Virus record (IMG/VR): IMGVR_UViG_3300023174_000063
Origin: a virus
DNA length: 64,000 nt
Direction: 5' to 3' (one strand)
Each line of letters starts with the position of its first letter. Positions within the stretch are counted from its first letter, which is position 1. Shown piece by piece: positions 1 through 10,281 of the stretch. The notes beneath the pieces were generated by a model. That model ran no database searches. It had not been told where the DNA came from and saw only the letters and a list, made by a program, of their open reading frames with translations. Made by a program: the position numbers and the translations under genes.

Positions 1-252
1 GCGACACAGGCCCAATAGGACCGACTGGTCTACAGGGTTCAGTAGGAGCAGAAGGACCAACAGGTCTGCAGGGATCAGTAGGTGAAACAGGCCCAATAGG
101 CCCAACAGGTCTTCAGGGCGCAGTAGGCGACACAGGCCCAATAGGACCGACTGGTCTACAGGGTTCAGTAGGAGCAGAAGGACCAACAGGTCTGCAGGGA
201 TCAGTAGGTGAAACAGGCCCAATAGGCCCAACAGGTCTTCAGGGCGCAGTAG
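1..252 (+). repeat. Perfect 126-bp tandem duplication in the collagen block
   Basis: nt 1-126 and 127-252 are identical (42 codons, 14 Gly-X-Y triplets). Confidence 0.95.
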
Positions 253-3200
253 GTGAAACAGGCCCAACAGGCGCACAAGGTAATCAGGGTGAAGTAGGTT
301 CTACGGGTCCAACAGGCGCACAAGGTTTAATTGGAGCGCAAGGAGCAAATGGAAATTTTGGTGGCGCAACATTTGCATATCGATTCAGCTTTTTGACAAC
401 ACCTGGAGATCCAGGCACCGGCTACCTTAGATTTGATAATTCTGATCTTTCAATTGCAACACAAATGTTTATTGATGATCAAGATAGAGCCAGTATAGAT
501 ATTCAATCTTTCTTAAGAACTATTGATGACAGTACATCTACCATTAAGGGACATTTTAAAATCTCTAATGAGATCGATTCAAATGATTTTGCACTTTTTA
601 CAATCTCATCTATTGTAGAGCAGTCAGGCTACTTCGAAGTCAACTGCGCATATGTTTCAGGCCCATCACTTTCTTTTAGCAATAATGAAAATATTATTGC
701 AACATTTGCTAGAACAGGTGATAAGGGTGACACAGGTGCTCAGGGATCAGCTGGTGCTCAGGGATCAGCTGGTGCTCAGGGATCTCAGGGTATTTCAGGT
801 GCACAAGGATTACAAGGTCCTTCTTCTCTACAGGCAGCTTATGATGGTGGCGCTTCTATTAGTCTGACAGCCTCAAAAGGTACTTTTGATATATCACCTG
901 CAGTTGGTGAGACAGTTGGATTTAGTCTAGATGGTTCGACTGCTTCAAATGTCACTGTTGCCGGTGGCAATCTAACACTAAGTACTATTACATCTGGCGA
1001 CATTGGAATTACCTCTGCTGCAGCCTTGACAGCAACATCGCCCACAGGAATGACAATCAATACGAATGCTGCAAATTCTGCAGCAATTCTTGCATTGCAA
1101 AATTCTGCAGGTGATGCAAAGATTTATCGTGTTGATGCCAATCCTGAAAGCTCTATTGTTGGTTCAGTTGGTGATATTGCTGATGATACGACTAATGGTT
1201 TGATTTATGTAAAGACCTCGGGTACCTCTACAAATACAGGCTGGTCACCGTTGGCCAATCTCGGAACGAAGGTCTTCATGGTTGTTGAGGGTGGCCAATA
1301 TTCAACCATTCAGGCTGCGATTAATGCCACTCCTACAGGCACTAATACTGTTCCAGCATATAGCATTATTCTCGTTGGGCCAAAAGCAAATACCGGCGGA
1401 GGCTCTCAGGGTTCATGGGGAGCAGCTACATTAGCTGAAAATAAAGCGCTAATGATTGTTGGACTTGGCGGCGGTCAAACAAATAAAAATATTTTGATCG
1501 ATTCATTGACATTTAATTCCACTTCGGGCGCGCTTAATGCAAATATTAATGAAAATTATATTTCAGGGCTCTATATTGCTAGCTCATCAGCATCCTCAAT
1601 TGTCACACTTTCAGGAACAGGTGCAATTAGACTTCGATTAAATAATTGCTACATTGTAAATTCAGGCGCAGGAGATGCTGTTACAAATAGTAACACAAAT
1701 GTCAATGGAAGCTTATATCTTGACAGTTGCGTCGTATCTGCTTCTAGCACGACAGGCATTGCTATAAATCACTCAGGAACTTATACACTGATTAAAAATC
1801 GTTGTGATATTAGTACATCAACAGGTGGGACTAGTGCTAGCACAGGAAGAGCTATCAAATCTTCTCTGGGTGTTGTTGAAATCTATGACACAATTATTGG
1901 TGGTGTGAGCATACCTCGTCCTGTCGTTGAATTAACAAGCACAGCTTATTTGTCTGCAGGATATTCAACTATTAGCAATCCATCAAATGATGCATCTGCA
2001 CGATGTGTTTATGTCAATTCTGCAACTGCAACTTTTGCTGCTGGTGATGCAACACTCGCTCTTGGATCTAGCGTACTAGTTGCAGGTCAGGTTGTATCAG
2101 GAACAGGAACGCTAGCTTTTGGTAATATTACTTACTCCTATTCACCTCTTTTGACAGTTAGTACACAAACTCCAGCACTACGAACTGCTGGCTGGTTTAC
2201 AACTGACATAAAAGAAGGAATTTCTTTAACATCACCAGGAAATCCACTATTCAACCTGAATACATCAGGTCGTATTACTAGATATAATGACGCTGCACCA
2301 ACAAATGGGCAGGTACTTATTGGTGATACAGCTGCAGGTTATTTTAAAGCTTCAACACTTACGGCTGGTGCCAATGTTACTATTACAAATGGTGCAGGAA
2401 CTATCACAATTGCTTCGACTGCAGGAGCTCAAGGCGCACAAGGCGCACAAGGCGCACAAGGCGCACAAGGTGTACAGGGTTCAGCCGGTGCACAGGGATC
2501 AACAGGCTCAACAGGAGCTCAGGGATCAACCGGCGCAACAGGAGCTCAGGGATCAACCGGCGCAACAGGAGCTCAGGGATCAACCGGCGCAACAGGAGCT
2601 CAGGGATCAACCGGCGTAACAGGAGCTCAAGGTTCAACAGGAGCTCAAGGCTCAGACGGTGCACAGGGCTTCCAGGGCGATACAGGTGCACAGGGTTCAG
2701 CCGGCGCTCAGGGTTCATCTGGTGCACAGGGCTCAACAGGTTCTACAGGCGCACAAGGCGATTCAGGAGCTCAGGGCTCTCAGGGCTATCAAGGTGCTTC
2801 TGCCATTACTGGTTATTATGGATCTTTCTATGATACAACAGATCAGACAACTGCTTTAGCAAATACAGGCTATCCAATGGCGGTAGGCATTCAGTCTGAA
2901 GCAAATGGCGTTTCCATTGCAAATAATGGATCAGGTGATCCAACACGCATTACTGTTGCAAATTCAGGCGTTTATAACATTCAGTTTTCTGCACAGTTTG
3001 TAAATACTGATTCTTCTGAGCAAATTATTGATATTTGGCTTAAGAAGAATGGGGCAGATGTGCCCACAACAGACAGCCAGCTAACTATTCCTAAGGCACA
3101 GGGAGGAGCAGATGGATATGTCCTTCCTGCTTGGAATTTTGTTCTCACACTTGATGCAAATGATTATGTTGAGCTTTATTGGGCTGTTACTAATACTGCT

Positions 3201-4397
3201 GTAAGCCTTTATTCAGATGCTTCCAATGCAGTCCACCCGGCTATTCCTAGCGTCATAGTGACTGTACAGCAAGTCATAAATACACAAGTAGGCCCACAGG
3301 GTTCAACAGGTTCAGCCGGTGCTCAGGGTTCAACAGGTGCTCAGGGTTCAACAGGTGCTCAGGGTTCAGCCGGTGCTCAGGGTTCAGCCGGTGCTCAGGG
3401 TTCAGCCGGTGCTCAGGGTTCAGCCGGTGCTCAGGGCTCGACAGGAAGTTCTCTTGTCTATGATGTTCAAACTTTTACATCAAATGGCACATGGACGAAA
3501 CCCGCAAATACTACAAATGTAATTGCATATGTTATTGGCGCCGGAGGAGGTGGAGGAAGTGCGAGATGGTCTACAACGAGTACAGAAAATAGATATGGAG
3601 GCGGAGGAGGAGGAGGAGGAGAGTTTAGATTCCAGACTTTTACTGCTTCAAGCTTGGCATCAACTGTAAGCATTACTATTGGAACGGGAGGACCAGGAGG
3701 AACAGCACCTGCAAGTGCAGGAAACAATGGTAATTCTGGAACAGCTGGAGGAAATTCTACGTTTGGAACACACATCACAGCGAATGGAGGATCAGGTGGC
3801 GCTGGAGGAACAACAACTCTAGGCACAGGCGGTTCTGGAGGCACAGGTGGAAGTGGTGGAACTGGTTATGATGGAGGCGCCGGCGGCGCCGGAATTTCTG
3901 GAGGATCGACAACAACAGGCACGTCTGGCAATGCAGCAAGTATTTTTGGCGGCGGAGGCGGCGGCGGAGGCGGCGGAATTAACTCTTCTAATTTAGCTAG
4001 CTCTGCAGGAGGATCTGGCGGTGCCGGCAATACATACACGATTCCTACAGCAGGAATTGTCCCAACTAATCTTTTTGTTACGCCGATTGTAATTGAAACA
4101 CCTGCCGGCGGAGCAGGAGGATCATCGCCAACAACTGTATCAGATAGATCAGGCGCCGCCGGTGAATCAGTCAGCGGTGTCAATGCAGTCGGCGGCGCGG
4201 GCGGCGGCGGCGGGATGCCCCGAGCTGGTGCAACGGCCGGAAGTGATAATGCTTCAGGAGGAGGCGGAGCAGGTGGAAACTATGGAGGCGGCGGCGGCGG
4301 CGCAGGTTCTCTTGGCTTTACAGGAGGCACTCCTACTGCTTCACCTCGAGCCGGCGGAGCTGGAGCCGGAGGAATTGTGGTTGTTGTTTCTTACTAA
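1..4397 (+). CDS. Collagen-like tail/virion fibre protein, 5'-partial (Gly-X-Y blocks, beta-helix-like region, C1q/BclA-CTD-like domain, C-terminal glycine-rich domain)
   Basis: Frame is open from nt 3 ([15 protein letters not shown]...) through the called start at 393, so the true start lies upstream of the window. It has four Gly-X-Y blocks, a C1q/TNF-like segment YYGSFYD...[11 protein letters not shown]...DYVELYW, and the Gly-rich fibre tip [13 protein letters not shown]...IGAGGGGG. Confidence 0.8.
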   Translation, partial: DTGPIGPTGLQGSVGAEGPTGLQGSVGETGPIGPTGLQGAVGDTGPIGPTGLQGSVGAEGPTGLQGSVGETGPIGPTGLQGAVGETGPTGAQGNQGEVGSTGPTGAQGLIGAQGANGNFGGATFAYRFSFLTTPGDPGTGYLRFDNSDLSIATQMFIDDQDRASIDIQSFLRTIDDSTSTIKGHFKISNEIDSNDFALFTISSIVEQSGYFEVNCAYVSGPSLSFSNNENIIATFARTGDKGDTGAQGSAGAQGSAGAQGSQGISGAQGLQGPSSLQAAYDGGASISLTASKGTFDISPAVGETVGFSLDGSTASNVTVAGGNLTLSTITSGDIGITSAAALTATSPTGMTINTNAANSAAILALQNSAGDAKIYRVDANPESSIVGSVGDIADDTTNGLIYVKTSGTSTNTGWSPLANLGTKVFMVVEGGQYSTIQAAINATPTGTNTVPAYSIILVGPKANTGGGSQGSWGAATLAENKALMIVGLGGGQTNKNILIDSLTFNSTSGALNANINENYISGLYIASSSASSIVTLSGTGAIRLRLNNCYIVNSGAGDAVTNSNTNVNGSLYLDSCVVSASSTTGIAINHSGTYTLIKNRCDISTSTGGTSASTGRAIKSSLGVVEIYDTIIGGVSIPRPVVELTSTAYLSAGYSTISNPSNDASARCVYVNSATATFAAGDATLALGSSVLVAGQVVSGTGTLAFGNITYSYSPLLTVSTQTPALRTAGWFTTDIKEGISLTSPGNPLFNLNTSGRITRYNDAAPTNGQVLIGDTAAGYFKASTLTAGANVTITNGAGTITIASTAGAQGAQGAQGAQGAQGVQGSAGAQGSTGSTGAQGSTGATGAQGSTGATGAQGSTGATGAQGSTGVTGAQGSTGAQGSDGAQGFQGDTGAQGSAGAQGSSGAQGSTGSTGAQGDSGAQGSQGYQGASAITGYYGSFYDTTDQTTALANTGYPMAVGIQSEANGVSIANNGSGDPTRITVANSGVYNIQFSAQFVNTDSSEQIIDIWLKKNGADVPTTDSQLTIPKAQGGADGYVLPAWNFVLTLDANDYVELYWAVTNTAVSLYSDASNAVHPAIPSVIVTVQQVINTQVGPQGSTGSAGAQGSTGAQGSTGAQGSAGAQGSAGAQGSAGAQGSAGAQGSTGSSLVYDVQTFTSNGTWTKPANTTNVIAYVIGAGGGGGSARWSTTSTENRYGGGGGGGGEFRFQTFTASSLASTVSITIGTGGPGGTAPASAGNNGNSGTAGGNSTFGTHITANGGSGGAGGTTTLGTGGSGGTGGSGGTGYDGGAGGAGISGGSTTTGTSGNAASIFGGGGGGGGGGINSSNLASSAGGSGGAGNTYTIPTAGIVPTNLFVTPIVIETPAGGAGGSSPTTVSDRSGAAGESVSGVNAVGGAGGGGGMPRAGATAGSDNASGGGGAGGNYGGGGGGAGSLGFTGGTPTASPRAGGAGAGGIVVVVSY
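2430..2629 (+). repeat. Collagen-coding tandem repeats (9-mer x4, 27-mer x4)
   Basis: caaggcgca x4 at 2430-2465; acaggagctcagggatcaaccggcgca x4 at 2511-2618, the last copy with one substitution. Confidence 0.9.
3318..3436 (+). repeat. 18-bp collagen-coding tandem repeat x6
   Basis: ggtgctcagggttca(aca/gcc) repeated six times, encoding GAQGS[TA]. Confidence 0.9.
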
Positions 4398-4415
4398 TTA
4401 AGGAAAAATAAATCA

Positions 4416-4601
4416 ATGAAAATTTTAAATGTTTTTTTAATCAAAGGTGTTTTTCTTGTTGAAGGCAGTGAGACGATAACTTATCGACTAGTTTATGGAA
4501 ACAACAAGGAAGATGCCGAGACAAAATTTCGTTACATCTATTCTGATCTAGATATAATACAGGTAGAAGTCACAGATATAATTCATATCAATCTACCGTA
4601 G
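4416..4601 (+). CDS. Small hypothetical protein
   Basis: 61-aa ORF filling the gap between the fibre and GT genes, with an AAGGA SD-like site upstream. Confidence 0.6.
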   Translation: MKILNVFLIKGVFLVEGSETITYRLVYGNNKEDAETKFRYIYSDLDIIQVEVTDIIHINLP

Positions 4602-4608
4602 AAAATAG

Positions 4609-6006
4609 GTGCAGATGAGATTTTCGGTTTTTACACCTACTCATAATTTATCACATATTGCAGAAACTGCTCAATCACTTAGAAATCAAACAGCTTTATT
4701 TCTAGATCATGAAATTGAGTGGCTTATTGGTTACAATAATGGCATAACTGAAGATGATGTAAGATCATCAATAGGTGAAATGCCTTATAGCGTCACTGTT
4801 GTTTTTCCAGAAATTGACAGAACAACAAGATCTATTGGAAAGCTTAAGCGAGAGCTATGTCTATCTGCAAGCGGTGATGTACTAGTCGAACTTGATCATG
4901 ATGATATACTTTCATCAAAAGCATTTGAAAGAATTGCCGCTGTTCTTGATAATACAGACTGCGCATTTATTTACAGCAATTCTGCTAATTTTAACAGTAA
5001 AACAATTGCACCCCATATTTTTGACCCAATTTATGGTTGGGCAAGAGACAACACAATTGGAGACGCTCCTCGAACTCGAGTTCATGAAAAAGAACTTGTA
5101 GGTATGTTTGCTCATGAAGCAACAGCTCGTTCACTCTGTCAAATTCTTTATGCTCCTGATCACTTTAGAGCGTGGACAAAAAAAGCATACCAGATCTCTG
5201 GGGGCCATGACCCCAATTTGGACGTTTGCGATGATCATGATTTACTTTGTAGGACTTATTTAAATAGACAGATTGCTTTTATACACATACCTGAAACACT
5301 TTACTACTACAGAATGGGATCTGAATCAATTCCCAACACTTTTGCAGGAGCGCTCAACTCAAAAATTCAAAAGCTTTCAGGTGAAGGAGTTGAGAAGTAC
5401 AGCAGCGGAATCTCAAAGCCTGATTTCGCCCAGCCCATATCTTTGCGAGACAAATATCTACACGATCTAGTTCTTGCAGAGGGTCTAAGAAATAATGAAA
5501 TACTCTTAGACATTGGAGGTGGCGTCGGATGTCCTAGCGGATGGACATCTGTTGACATGAAAGGTGGGCATATCACAAGAGATGTAAGAAGAGGTTTGCC
5601 TTTTGCCGATAATTCAGTTTTTGCAATTAGAGCTTTTGATTTGCTTGAACATCTAGAGTCAAAAGAAGCTGCATGGTTTATTGGTGAATGTTGGAGAGTC
5701 CTTCGACACGGTGGCTGGCTCCTAACAAGAACACCGAGCGAAACAGGCGTCGGAGCTTCCTGCGACTTATCTCATATTAGTAGATGGAATACCAGAACCT
5801 GGGCTTATTTCTGGTCAGGACAATTAAAAATTTATCGAGAGCAAGCATTTCCAGGACTCAAAGCAGACTTTCAACCTATTAGAATTTTTGAAGAAAATAT
5901 CACTATGGGCCCGTGGCCATGCGAGTGGGAAGTACCCTTTGTAATCGCCGATTTAATTGCTTTAAAAGGCGGCAAAAAACTTCCTGGACGAGATTTTATC
6001 AAATAA
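4609..6006 (+). CDS. GT2 glycosyltransferase fused to class I SAM-dependent methyltransferase
   Basis: N-terminal FSVFTPTHN, ELDHDD (DxD) and CDDHDL. C-terminal LLDIGGG, DVRRGLPFADNSV, DLLEHL and ECWRVLRHGG. The start may be ATG 4615. Confidence 0.85.
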   Translation: MQMRFSVFTPTHNLSHIAETAQSLRNQTALFLDHEIEWLIGYNNGITEDDVRSSIGEMPYSVTVVFPEIDRTTRSIGKLKRELCLSASGDVLVELDHDDILSSKAFERIAAVLDNTDCAFIYSNSANFNSKTIAPHIFDPIYGWARDNTIGDAPRTRVHEKELVGMFAHEATARSLCQILYAPDHFRAWTKKAYQISGGHDPNLDVCDDHDLLCRTYLNRQIAFIHIPETLYYYRMGSESIPNTFAGALNSKIQKLSGEGVEKYSSGISKPDFAQPISLRDKYLHDLVLAEGLRNNEILLDIGGGVGCPSGWTSVDMKGGHITRDVRRGLPFADNSVFAIRAFDLLEHLESKEAAWFIGECWRVLRHGGWLLTRTPSETGVGASCDLSHISRWNTRTWAYFWSGQLKIYREQAFPGLKADFQPIRIFEENITMGPWPCEWEVPFVIADLIALKGGKKLPGRDFIK

Positions 6007-6032
6007 TACACCTGAATTATAGCACGCATTGA

Positions 6033-6060
6033 TGTACAAATTCAGAACTAAAGCGATAAT
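6033..6060 (+). promoter_or_regulatory. Putative sigma70-type promoter (TGTACA-N16-GATAAT)
   Basis: Same geometry as 51181-51208; lies in the intergenic gap before the 6076 GT gene. Confidence 0.5.
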
Positions 6061-6075
6061 ACAAGTATCTAAAAA

Positions 6076-8001
6076 ATGGGAGTCGTAATGTTTGACAGTC
6101 CTTTTGCGCAAGAAATTAAGTCCATACCTGCAAATGCAGAGATTGTTTTTGTTGCTGATCTTTTTGTTGAAGATTATGTAGGAGGAGCAGAACTAACTAG
6201 TGAAGCATTGATCAAATCGAGTCCTTTTCGAGTGCATAAAATTCATTCTAAGGACGTAAGAATCGAGCATTTATCAAATGCACATGATAAATTTTGGATT
6301 TTTGGAAATTTTGCTCAACTGGATCCAAATTTAATTCCTAGCATTGTCGCAAACATCAATTATTCGATTCTAGAATACGATTACAAATATTGCAAGTGGA
6401 GATCTCCACAGAAGCATGAATTAGCAGAAAATAAGCCTTGTGATGATGCCGAATCAATACAGGGCAAGATGATTTCAGCTTTTATGTACGGCGCAAAAAG
6501 TCTGTGGTGGATGTCAGAAGCACAAATGGACCACTATCATGCACTTTATCCGTTTTTAGCTGAAAAACCCAATACTGTTCTTAGTTCTGTATTTGACGAT
6601 GACTTTTTTGTGTCGGTTAAGTTACTAAGACAAAGTCAAGTCCAGGCAGACAGAAAAGGCTGGATTGTCTTAGGCAGCAATTCGTGGGTCAAAGGTGCCG
6701 ATGATGCTGAAGCATATTGCAAGACAAACAACCTAGACTATGAAGTTGTTTGGAATATGCCTTATGCAGATGTCCTTAAAAAGCTTTCGTCTGCAGAAGG
6801 ATTTGTTTATCTGCCAAAGGGCTGGGATACATGTCCGAGAATGGTTATTGAGGCAAAGCTGCTAGGTTGTAAGTTAGTAACAAATGACAATGTCCAGCAT
6901 TCAAAAGAAATATGGTTTAACACAGACAATCTTTTAGAGATTGAAGAATATCTTTATGCAGCAAGACAGCTCTTCTGGAATGGCATTAAGCATGCAATCG
7001 AATGGGTACCTCGAATTAGCGGTTATACAACTGCATACAACTTCATCGAGAGCACATATCCCTGGAAGCAGTGTATTGAGTCAATGTTGGGTTTTTGCAC
7101 AGAAGTTATTGTTGTTGATGGTGGTTCAAGTGACGGAACGCTAGAGTCACTCAAGGAATGGGCTTCGAGAGAAAGTCGTCTTAAGGTCCATGAAGTTCCA
7201 AGAGACTGGAAGGACAGTAGATTTGGCGTTTTTGATGGAATGCAAAAGGCCGAAGCTAGATCTCTTTGCACAGGAGACTTTTTGTGGCAGCAGGATGCAG
7301 ATGAGGTCGTTCATGAGAAAGATTATGAAAAAATTGTAAAACTCTGTAAAAATTTTCCTGACGTTGTTGATATTGTTGCACTTCCTGTAGTTGAATTCTG
7401 GGGAGGCCCGGAGAAAGTTCGCGTCGACGTCAATCCCTGGAAATGGCGTCTAAGTAGAAATAAGTCTAATATTACACATGGAATTCCAGGATCTCTGCGA
7501 CGTTACGATGATGAAGGTAAGCTTTTTGCAGCTCAAGGAACTGATGGTTGCGATTATATCTTTAAAGATTCACTTGAGATAGTCCCTCATGCAAATTTCT
7601 ACACTCAGGATGTTCATAATGCAAGAATCGCCGCGCTCGCAGGAAATGAGAATGCTCTTGCAGCGTATTCACAGTGGTTTAAATCTGTTCTAGACGCTTT
7701 GCCCTCTGTCTATCACTATTCGTGGTTTGACCTCGAGAGAAAGATAAAAACATATAAAAATTTCTGGTCAGGCTTCTGGCAGAGTCTCTACAATATTAAA
7801 CAAGAAGATATTGCAGAAAACAACATGTTCTTCCAGAGACCATGGTCTGAAGTTACAGAAAATGATATTGAAGAAATGGCGGCTAAACTTAAGAATGAGA
7901 TGGGCGGATGGATTTTTCATTCTCCCGTGGATTTCAATAAGAAAACACCCTCAGTAACTGCACAAATTGACCAGCCGAGCATCATGCTAAAAAAAGAATA
8001 A
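6076..8001 (+). CDS. Bifunctional glycosyltransferase (GT4-like N-terminal plus GT2 C-terminal)
   Basis: GGAELT and DTCPRMVIEAKLLG (GT-B, D/E-x7-E); ISGYTTAYN, VVDGGSSDGT and QQDADE (GT-A). Likely start is ATG 6088 after GGGAG. Confidence 0.85.
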   Translation: MGVVMFDSPFAQEIKSIPANAEIVFVADLFVEDYVGGAELTSEALIKSSPFRVHKIHSKDVRIEHLSNAHDKFWIFGNFAQLDPNLIPSIVANINYSILEYDYKYCKWRSPQKHELAENKPCDDAESIQGKMISAFMYGAKSLWWMSEAQMDHYHALYPFLAEKPNTVLSSVFDDDFFVSVKLLRQSQVQADRKGWIVLGSNSWVKGADDAEAYCKTNNLDYEVVWNMPYADVLKKLSSAEGFVYLPKGWDTCPRMVIEAKLLGCKLVTNDNVQHSKEIWFNTDNLLEIEEYLYAARQLFWNGIKHAIEWVPRISGYTTAYNFIESTYPWKQCIESMLGFCTEVIVVDGGSSDGTLESLKEWASRESRLKVHEVPRDWKDSRFGVFDGMQKAEARSLCTGDFLWQQDADEVVHEKDYEKIVKLCKNFPDVVDIVALPVVEFWGGPEKVRVDVNPWKWRLSRNKSNITHGIPGSLRRYDDEGKLFAAQGTDGCDYIFKDSLEIVPHANFYTQDVHNARIAALAGNENALAAYSQWFKSVLDALPSVYHYSWFDLERKIKTYKNFWSGFWQSLYNIKQEDIAENNMFFQRPWSEVTENDIEEMAAKLKNEMGGWIFHSPVDFNKKTPSVTAQIDQPSIMLKKE

Positions 8002-8014
8002 AGACTGTCTGATA

Positions 8015-8043
8015 TTGAAAATTAAGCGTAAGGCAATTACAAT
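8015..8043 (+). promoter_or_regulatory. Putative sigma70-type promoter TTGAAA-N17-TACAAT
   Basis: Near-consensus -35 and -10 boxes with a 17-nt spacer upstream of the nuclease gene. Confidence 0.55.
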
Positions 8044-8069
8044 AGAATTGCATTAAAGAAAGCAAAGCA

Positions 8070-8948
8070 ATGAATGAAGAGCCTTCGTTAGTCGTCATAC
8101 AAGACTTTCCAACAAAAAAGCCTCATATTTCTTATTCTGAAGTAAAGATGTGGAAAGAGTGTGCATGGCGCCACAAACTGACTTATGTTGATGGGGTAAG
8201 CCTTAATTTGCAATCTCAACATTTGGTTTATGGTACATTGGTACACGCATGTGTTGAGCACTATCTTATTAACAAGACACTGGATGGACAGCTCGAAAAA
8301 CTTGAGAATGAAATGACAGAAGAGTGGATCAAGTGCGGCTTTGATTCACCCGAATTTATTGAGCAGCAAACTGAAAAAGCAAAATTGCAAGGCTGGAATT
8401 ATGTTCACAGTCCTCTGTCTGAGTGGCTCGTTTGGGCAAAAAACTCGATTAATGATATTCCAGAGTTTCTTGACAACCAGTTTCCAGGATGGGAGTTAGT
8501 CTCTGCAGAAGAACCACTATATGAGCCAATTGATGGTAGATCAATCAAGTTTAAAGGTTTTGTTGATGCAATCATAAAGGTCCCTGTCAAAAATGACAAA
8601 TTCAAGTATTGGATTCTTGACTGGAAAACTGCTTCACCCAGGGGCTGGAGTCTTGAAAAAAAGAGAGACTTTCTGATGCACGCTCAGATCGCACTCTATA
8701 AGTCATTTTGGGGCAGAAAAAATAATATTTCACTCAAAGACATCAAGACGGGATTTGTCTTGCTCAAGAAAGGCCTCAAAAAAGGAAAATCATGTCAGCT
8801 TATTGAGATCTCGACAGGGCCTAGCGTTTTAGATAAATCCAATAAGCTTGTCGGCAATATGATTTCTACTGTTAGCAAAAAAATGTTTCTAAAAAATAGA
8901 AATTCTTGTAAATTTTGCGACTTCCAGGGCACAAATTATTGTACTTAA
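8070..8948 (+). CDS. PD-(D/E)XK nuclease, Cas4/RecB/AddB-like
   Basis: HISYS..KEC, GTLVH, AEEPL, GFVDAI, ILDWKT, QIALY and C-terminal CKFC-x7-C (four-cysteine Fe-S staple pattern). Confidence 0.85.
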   Translation: MNEEPSLVVIQDFPTKKPHISYSEVKMWKECAWRHKLTYVDGVSLNLQSQHLVYGTLVHACVEHYLINKTLDGQLEKLENEMTEEWIKCGFDSPEFIEQQTEKAKLQGWNYVHSPLSEWLVWAKNSINDIPEFLDNQFPGWELVSAEEPLYEPIDGRSIKFKGFVDAIIKVPVKNDKFKYWILDWKTASPRGWSLEKKRDFLMHAQIALYKSFWGRKNNISLKDIKTGFVLLKKGLKKGKSCQLIEISTGPSVLDKSNKLVGNMISTVSKKMFLKNRNSCKFCDFQGTNYCT

Positions 8949-9036
8949 TTTTTTAAATTTTTCAAAATTTACTGGATAAATAGTCTCTTCTGCGTGTATA
9001 GTAACTATTATGATTAATATGCGCTGAGGGATTAAA

Positions 9037-10281
9037 TTGAGTAAAAAGAAAATACTTTTATTGTCTGATCATGCTTTGAGTACTTCGGGTGTTGGCTGTC
9101 AATCTAGATTTTTAATTGATGGCTTGATCAAGACAGGAAGATGGTCATTTAGGCAGTTTGGCGCCGCGGTGCGACACTCTGACTACAGAACAGTCAAAGT
9201 TAATGATGACTTCATCATTAAGCCTATTGATGGATTTGGTGACCCAAAGCTTCTTAGAAGTGCATTAGCATCTGAGCGTCCTGATGTTTTAATGCTCTTC
9301 ACAGACCCACGTTTTTTCCATTGGGTATGGGAAATGGAAGATGAAATTCATCAAATCTGTCCAATTGCATACTGGCATGTTTGGGATAATTTGCCTGTGC
9401 CGAAGTTCAATCATGTTCTTTACGAGAGCACTGATCTTCTAAATTGTCATTCTCATTTGACATATTCATTCGTAAAAGACATGTTCCCTGAGAAAACACA
9501 TTTTGTGCCGCACACACTGCCGCCTGATTTGTTTTTCCCACTCTCAGAAAAAGAAATAAGACAGCATAAGTCTTCCGTCATTTCTAGCGACAAAGTAGAC
9601 CATTTTGTTGCACTTTGGATCAATAGAAATGCTAAGAGAAAAAGACCTAACGACGTCTTGTGGGCATGGAAGATTTTTATGGACAATCTCAAAGAAAAGC
9701 ATGCAAAAAGCGATGCTGTTCTCATAATGCACACTCAGCCTGATGATCAAGAAGGTCCAAACCTTTACGCAACAGCTGAAATGCTTGGCATTGAAGATTC
9801 GATTATTTTTTCTCCAGATCGAATCGATTTCAACAAGATGAATGTTGTGCACAACATAGCAGATTGTGTTCTTAATTTTTCATTTGCTGAAGGATTTGGT
9901 CTTTCGACGCTAGAAGCAATGCAGGCGGGCACACCAATTATTGCTGCCAAGACAGGCGGTCTAACAAGGCAGGTCGTCGATCACCGAGATGGTACAGAGA
10001 ATGGTGTCGCTCTCGACATTGATCTTAAGACGCTCGTCGGTTCGCAGACAGTGCCTTATATTTTCGAGGACTACGTCTCATCAGAGAACGTTGCAAAAGC
10101 ATTGATGAAGCTTTATGAAATGAAGCCAGAAGACCGCCGCGCGCTTGGTGAAAAAGCAAAAAACTATGTAAGTTCTGAATTTTCTTATAATAAAATGATT
10201 GAAAAATGGGATGAAACTCTTTTAGAACTCACAGAAAATTGGAAGAGCCGTTATGAGCGCTGGACAGTTAAGGAGCTATGA
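9037..10281 (+). CDS. GT4 family glycosyltransferase
   Basis: KILLLSDH...SGVG, NRNAKRKR and EGFGLSTLEAMQAGTPII. TTG start after GAGG. Confidence 0.9.
   Translation: MSKKKILLLSDHALSTSGVGCQSRFLIDGLIKTGRWSFRQFGAAVRHSDYRTVKVNDDFIIKPIDGFGDPKLLRSALASERPDVLMLFTDPRFFHWVWEMEDEIHQICPIAYWHVWDNLPVPKFNHVLYESTDLLNCHSHLTYSFVKDMFPEKTHFVPHTLPPDLFFPLSEKEIRQHKSSVISSDKVDHFVALWINRNAKRKRPNDVLWAWKIFMDNLKEKHAKSDAVLIMHTQPDDQEGPNLYATAEMLGIEDSIIFSPDRIDFNKMNVVHNIADCVLNFSFAEGFGLSTLEAMQAGTPIIAAKTGGLTRQVVDHRDGTENGVALDIDLKTLVGSQTVPYIFEDYVSSENVAKALMKLYEMKPEDRRALGEKAKNYVSSEFSYNKMIEKWDETLLELTENWKSRYERWTVKEL

Noticed and set aside
1-3436. Direct repeats as a possible CRISPR array (given the Cas4-like gene nearby)
   Set aside because: The repeats are contiguous, multiples of 3, in-frame collagen codons, with no unique spacers.
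652-4401. Alternative-frame and antisense ORFs over the collagen and Gly-rich regions (e.g. 2287-2619, 2404-2736, 3467-3844, 3866-4183)
   Set aside because: Shadows of repetitive Gly-rich codons, which lack stops in other frames; no independent coding signal.
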